A DNA stretch of 64,000 bases from Gammaproteobacteria bacterium (GTDB lineage: Bacteria; Pseudomonadota; Gammaproteobacteria; Eutrophobiales; Eutrophobiaceae), in assembly GCA_965243205.1 (NCBI GenBank), contig CBDEUK010000002.1, positions 1,792,001 through 1,856,000 on the forward strand. Reading direction: 5' to 3'. A program made the translations under genes and the position numbers. This document shows, one piece after another, positions 59,319 through 64,000 of the stretch. Position 1 is the first letter of the stretch, and each line of letters starts with the position of its first letter. The notes under the pieces were generated by a model. It was not told the DNA's origin and searched no databases. It saw nothing but the letters and a program-made list of their open reading frames with translations.

Positions 59319-60317
59319 CTATTTAAGAGGTACAAGCAAGCTGGTTTTTATTTCATTGCTATGAGCTACCTCATTTGGATCATTTACATAGACTTCAACA
59401 GAAGGTCTTGATTTATCTAGTTTTAATTTCGACATGTAAATATGTGCCATGGCTGCATACCAAGCTGATTCTAAGAATTCATAACTTCCTTGTGCATCAA
59501 TTTGGTAATGTTTCCCTGTTCCTAATGGTTTGATCGTATATGGGCCTTTTTCCAAATCACCAGATATCGGGATTGCCATATCGCAAATGAAATACATCTT
59601 ATCGATATCAGCTTTGTGATAAAACGCTCTTGGTGCGCCGGCAATAGTACCATTATTTTCTTGAACATAATTTAATAATTCTGGAAAGCCCTTTTCCATG
59701 GCTTTTGTCATATCATCTAAATGGCCCTCAAAGTGTTTACATAAAAACGATTGTTCGTCATGTATAGACTCGCCAATAAATTCAATCTCGGGGTGTTCAG
59801 CGTTTTGATTTAAAGCGCCAGCCAACATAGCCAAACCGAGTTTATAATCTTGACCGATCATCTGTTTCATTTTTGGAACCATAAAGCGAAACAAAAAAGG
59901 CATCTGACTATTCATAATCCATGTGACTTCTGTTTTATCTCCATGCTCTTTTAATTCAAATCGAATGTCTGCAGAATTTTTAAAAGGCTTTAGAATATCC
60001 AATTTCTGTTCAATTAGATTTGGTGCAGAAAAGTTTAGGTGTGTTAATTTCCCGGCGCCAACAATTTGGCCATTCCAAGTATAGAACCCATTTTCTTCAG
60101 AAGGTGTTTCACTGAATTCTAATTCGCAATCAGGTTCATGAATAAGCCAAGGGCTCCACTCTTTCCAGCTTTTAAAGTCTCGTAATTTATTAAAGATGGT
60201 ATTTATGTTTTCGTCATAGATATGTGAAGTGCGTACTTCGAACTTACCTTCTAAATTTGCAAGATAAATTAGCGCCGCGCCAATAATGAGAAAAAGCAAA
60301 CTTAGAATGTATATCAT
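59319..60317 (-). CDS. SRPBCC plus GyrI-like domain protein
   Basis: WKEWSPW, TEVTWIM, DYKLGL; C-terminal EVYVNDP. Confidence 0.82.
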   Translation of the reverse strand: MIYILSLLFLIIGAALIYLANLEGKFEVRTSHIYDENINTIFNKLRDFKSWKEWSPWLIHEPDCELEFSETPSEENGFYTWNGQIVGAGKLTHLNFSAPNLIEQKLDILKPFKNSADIRFELKEHGDKTEVTWIMNSQMPFLFRFMVPKMKQMIGQDYKLGLAMLAGALNQNAEHPEIEFIGESIHDEQSFLCKHFEGHLDDMTKAMEKGFPELLNYVQENNGTIAGAPRAFYHKADIDKMYFICDMAIPISGDLEKGPYTIKPLGTGKHYQIDAQGSYEFLESAWYAAMAHIYMSKLKLDKSRPSVEVYVNDPNEVAHSNEIKTSLLVPLK

Positions 60318-60458
60318 TTTATAACTCCATTAAGCATTGAATGATTAAGGTTGCATAAACTACGAGTGAATTTAATAGCAAAATGCAGCTATAATTATAA
60401 ATAATACACTAAGGCTTTTAAACTGGATTTATAATTCTAAATTTATAATCGCTAAAAT

Positions 60459-60977
60459 ATGTTATTTGGAAGAAAAAAATTATTTGATAACCATCAAATA
60501 GGTGTTTTATTTGTTTGTATGGGAAATATTTGTCGTTCACCTGCAGCTGAAGGTATATTCAAACATTATGTTCAGGAGCAATCGAATACAGATAAGTTTT
60601 TTATCGATTCAGCAGGCACTTTAGGTTCTCATGCAGGACAAAAACCAGATGCAAGAATGGTAAAGGCAGCAGAATGTAGAGGTTATAATTTGGATTCTGA
60701 AGCAAGAAAAGTTGTGAAAAAAGATATCGAAGAGTTTGATTTGGTATTGGCAATGGATTTTGATAATTTGATGAATCTCTATAATTTATCTAAAGCAGAG
60801 CCTGAACATGTTCGTTTGTACGGCAGCTATTTAGAAGGCGCACAAAATTCTACTGTTGCGAAATCAGTTCCTGATCCTTATTACGGAAATGCTAGTGGGT
60901 TTGAGTTGGTGTTAGATATGATAGAAGAGGCAACACCAAAAATTTATGATTTTTGTTTGAACGAAATAAAAAAATAA
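60459..60977 (+). CDS. Low-molecular-weight protein tyrosine phosphatase
   Basis: VCMGNICRS, DSAGT, VPDPYY. Confidence 0.95.
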   Translation: MLFGRKKLFDNHQIGVLFVCMGNICRSPAAEGIFKHYVQEQSNTDKFFIDSAGTLGSHAGQKPDARMVKAAECRGYNLDSEARKVVKKDIEEFDLVLAMDFDNLMNLYNLSKAEPEHVRLYGSYLEGAQNSTVAKSVPDPYYGNASGFELVLDMIEEATPKIYDFCLNEIKK

Positions 60978-61463
60978 TCAATTACTGATCCATTGTTTAT
61001 CGAATTTATTTTTTTCAGCATTCCAATAAAATATGGATTTATGGCCGATGGAATGTGAATACCATATACCTGGTAGCGTTGTACCAAACTCAGCTGTTTC
61101 ATATTCATCACATTGCCACTGACCTTTGCCACATGCAGTCAAATAATTTCCTGGCTGTGCTAGTTCAATTGACATACTAAGTTTGGCATTAGGGTAATCT
61201 GGTCCCCAGCTGATTCTTTCTAACATCTGCCATTCTGTTCCGTTTTCTATCGATAGCAAAACAAATAAGCCCTCTCCACTAAAACTGATACTTTTTAATA
61301 AATAAGCGGAATCATTTACTCCATCGCCGTTAAAATCAGCCGATAATTCCATGAGTTTTTGATTGGTAATTTCAGAAGCTTCAGGTAAACGCCAACCAGG
61401 TGGCAATGATTCAGCAATTGAAGCGAATGGTAAGAATAAAAATAATAATATTATAAAACGCAT
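60978..61463 (-). CDS. Secreted hypothetical protein
   Basis: Signal peptide; ADFNGDGVND Ca-loop; TACGKG..C. Confidence 0.7.
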   Translation of the reverse strand: MRFIILLFLFLPFASIAESLPPGWRLPEASEITNQKLMELSADFNGDGVNDSAYLLKSISFSGEGLFVLLSIENGTEWQMLERISWGPDYPNAKLSMSIELAQPGNYLTACGKGQWQCDEYETAEFGTTLPGIWYSHSIGHKSIFYWNAEKNKFDKQWISN

Positions 61464-61473
61464 AAGAGTCTGA

Positions 61474-61881
61474 TTAATCTATAGTTAGTTGGCCAGTTAA
61501 GATAGCGTTCTCTTGATATTTAACTTCGACCACCATGCCTTCGTGAGGTTCAGCAAGTTCATATTCGGCATGTATTTGCAAAACTGGTTTATTATTCATT
61601 TCCGCTGAGATATCAAAAACCTTCTTTTCATTAACAAATATACCCAAAGGTTTATGAAGATAATTTTCTTCGAGTAATAAATGGATATCAATACTGCCTT
61701 TTGCCTTTTGATAATATTCAATTTCGATTTCGCCGCTACCTACTCCAGGATGATAATCAAAAACAACATCATATTCCCATAGTTGTTTATCACTAAATAA
61801 GACAACGATCACAATTAGAAGAATAATCCAAATGAAAAAAGGGATGGATTGAAAAAGCTCAACCATAGAATATGGATCCAT
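61474..61881 (-). CDS. Hypothetical membrane-anchored protein
   Basis: ORF with one N-terminal TM helix. Confidence 0.6.
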   Translation of the reverse strand: MDPYSMVELFQSIPFFIWIILLIVIVVLFSDKQLWEYDVVFDYHPGVGSGEIEIEYYQKAKGSIDIHLLLEENYLHKPLGIFVNEKKVFDISAEMNNKPVLQIHAEYELAEPHEGMVVEVKYQENAILTGQLTID

Positions 61882-61980
61882 AATGATGCAGTTAAAAAGT
61901 GATTAATATTATGCTTAATTAATTATGAAAATAATTAGCTGTTATTTGCAAGTGGCTAGGCAAGATATTTTTCAAAATTG

Positions 61981-62340
61981 TTAAGTTCGTTGGTCTCCAT
62001 CCTCGGTCCAAGGTGGGTTTACAATTGCGATAAATCTCAATGTTTGCTCGGTAAGGTTTTCAATCCATTGTTCGGAGCCGCCTGGAATTAATGCTACATC
62101 ACCTGATGAAACGACTTTTTCTTCTTTATCTATATGTAATAAGCCTTTTCCAGATAAAATATAATACACTTCTGTTTGTTCTAATTTATGTCGATAACTC
62201 GATTCATTAGCTAGGACAGTAGCGACGGCAACAGAATAAGGTAAGTCGATGGGGTCATTTTTAGGATGTAATAATTCCTGAATTTCACAACCATCATTGG
62301 CTGTAAAGGACGGGCAATCAGATAAGTTTTTTACAAACAT
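61981..62340 (-). CDS. Cupin-domain protein
   Basis: H..EQTEVYYILSGKG, IPGG; GGAG RBS. Confidence 0.85.
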   Translation of the reverse strand: MFVKNLSDCPSFTANDGCEIQELLHPKNDPIDLPYSVAVATVLANESSYRHKLEQTEVYYILSGKGLLHIDKEEKVVSSGDVALIPGGSEQWIENLTEQTLRFIAIVNPPWTEDGDQRT

Positions 62341-62365
62341 ATATATCTCCTATATAAAGCGAACT

Positions 62366-63478
62366 ATGGCAAAGTATATCGGTAACGAAAATTTTAAACA
62401 CGGTACAGAACCCAGTATAGGGATCTTGTTAGCTAACCTTGGTACGCCAGATGCGCCTAATAAATCGGCGCTTCGAAAATACCTTAAGGAATTTTTATCA
62501 GATCCACGAGTGATTGAAGTTCCAAAAGCGATATGGTGGTTTATTTTAAATGGATTCATTTTAAATACTCGACCAGCTAAATCAGCGGAAGCTTATGAAA
62601 AAGTTTGGACAGACAATGGTTCACCATTATTAGACATTGGCTTAAAACAAAAAGCCGCTATAGAAAAAGAATTAAAAAATAAAACAGATGCTATGGTTCA
62701 CGTTGCATTGGCAATGCGTTATGGAAACCCATCCATTCCAGATGTTCTTAACGAGTTTCGTGAAAAAAATATTCAACGCTTATTAGTTTTACCGCTTTAT
62801 CCACAGTACGCGGCAGCAACCACGGCTTCTACGTTTGATGCAGTAACTGACACTATTAAATCTTGGCGTTACATTCCTGAATTACGTTTTATTAATCATT
62901 ATCATGATAATGCAAATTACATTTCTGCTTTGGTTGAAAGTGTTCGGCATCATTGGGCTGAACATGGTAAGCCAGACAAATTATTATTTTCTTATCATGG
63001 AATACCGAAGGATTATTTTTTAGCGGGTGATCCCTATCATTGTGAATGCTATAAAACCACGCGTTTAGTGATAGAACAACTTGGTTTAAGTGAAGATGAA
63101 TATTTACAAACCTTTCAATCACGTTTTGGACCGAGGGAATGGTTGAAACCTTATACCGATGAAACGCTAAAACAGTGGGGCGCACAAGGTGTTAAGCATG
63201 TACAAGTGATCTGTCCGGGTTTTTCTGCGGATTGTTTAGAGACGATCGAAGAAATTAATATTCAAAATCGCGAGTTCTTTTTAACAGCGGGTGGGGAAAC
63301 TTTTTCATATATTCCCGCATTGAACGATAACGACGATCATATCGATGCCTTAGTCTCAATCGTTCAACAACATACCTCAGGTTGGCTTGAATTTTCTGAT
63401 GATTTCGATAAAGCAGAACTGCAAAAACAATTGGAAGTTTCGAAACAACAAGCCATGAAGTTTGGTAGTCAAGACTAG
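62366..63478 (+). CDS. hemH: Ferrochelatase
   Basis: NLGTP, LYPQY, SYHGIP, FQSRFG, DCLETIEEI; ATG at 62366. Confidence 0.97.
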   Translation: MAKYIGNENFKHGTEPSIGILLANLGTPDAPNKSALRKYLKEFLSDPRVIEVPKAIWWFILNGFILNTRPAKSAEAYEKVWTDNGSPLLDIGLKQKAAIEKELKNKTDAMVHVALAMRYGNPSIPDVLNEFREKNIQRLLVLPLYPQYAAATTASTFDAVTDTIKSWRYIPELRFINHYHDNANYISALVESVRHHWAEHGKPDKLLFSYHGIPKDYFLAGDPYHCECYKTTRLVIEQLGLSEDEYLQTFQSRFGPREWLKPYTDETLKQWGAQGVKHVQVICPGFSADCLETIEEINIQNREFFLTAGGETFSYIPALNDNDDHIDALVSIVQQHTSGWLEFSDDFDKAELQKQLEVSKQQAMKFGSQD

Positions 63479-63533
63479 CTTATTTCAATAAAGAGTAGTT
63501 TCCTTCCTTGGAAACAAGTTAATTTAGAGATAG

Positions 63534-63998
63534 TTAGATAAAGTACGAGCCACCCATTAATAAATGCACGATACCTAAAGCAATTGCAGCAAATCCTAAA
63601 ATGATTTGATTCTCTTTTAAGGTATCAATGAAACCTGTGACTTTCTCGTTGTTAATTGTATTACTGATGGTTTCTTGAGCTAATAATCCACCGCTGGCTA
63701 AGCCCGCGACTTGTATTAGACCATCGCCAATGATCGGTCTTAATGTGACTAGATCCAATAACAAATCAAAAATACTGATTCCAATAGTTGCTAAGCCTAC
63801 GGTACCGGCCATAGGTAATAAAATATCAGTTATTGTATTGGCTTGAGGGATCTTCTCTCTAGCTAATACTAATCCAGATAGCACAAGCGCCACTGCAAGT
63901 AATATTCTAAATATTATATGCATTGGACTATGTGTCACCCGTTCCTTCTTGGCTCTTGCCATAGCTTCAGCAGCATCTTCATTAGCTTGTTTTAGTTG
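63534..63998 (-). CDS. Hypothetical membrane protein, C-terminal part (runs off the window end)
   Basis: Frame stays open from 63998 (QLKQANEDAAEAMARAKK...); 3-4 TM segments. Confidence 0.65.
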   Translation of the reverse strand, partial: QLKQANEDAAEAMARAKKERVTHSPMHIIFRILLAVALVLSGLVLAREKIPQANTITDILLPMAGTVGLATIGISIFDLLLDLVTLRPIIGDGLIQVAGLASGGLLAQETISNTINNEKVTGFIDTLKENQIILGFAAIALGIVHLLMGGSYFI

Positions 63999-64000
63999 TT

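Overview
A low-GC, compactly organised chromosomal segment of a Gammaproteobacterium. HPr kinase, a CIRCE operator, VPLPP/PEP-CTERM sorting and a quinoprotein-relay metallohydrolase point to a non-enteric, possibly methylotroph-related lineage (inference). The first ~26 kb is mostly core genes: hprK-ptsN-hpf-rpoN-lptBAC, rpoH-ftsXEY, two M16 peptidases, rsmD, coaD, ggt, mutM, a GldAFG-like ABC system, suhB and trmJ. About 26-45 kb is an accessory tract of surface, metal/redox-stress and regulatory genes. The remainder mixes core genes (mtnBDC, rdgC, folD, hemB, hemH) with hypotheticals. I saw no transposase, integrase, phage gene, CRISPR array, tRNA or rRNA. The most interesting observations are: (1) a DosC-like globin-coupled diguanylate cyclase whose proximal heme His is replaced by Phe; (2) an orphan ~245-nt transcription unit at 49.37-49.65 kb with promoter, PhaR-like box, a 19-aa sORF, an anti-SD motif and a terminator; (3) a perfect CIRCE upstream of rpoH; (4) an RstAB-like pair whose TACA-N6-TACA box is duplicated upstream of a secreted EF-hand protein; (5) two conserved genes that need non-canonical start codons; (6) divergent genes whose starts are only 3 and 25 bp apart. 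All family calls come from motif recognition by eye, not from database searches.
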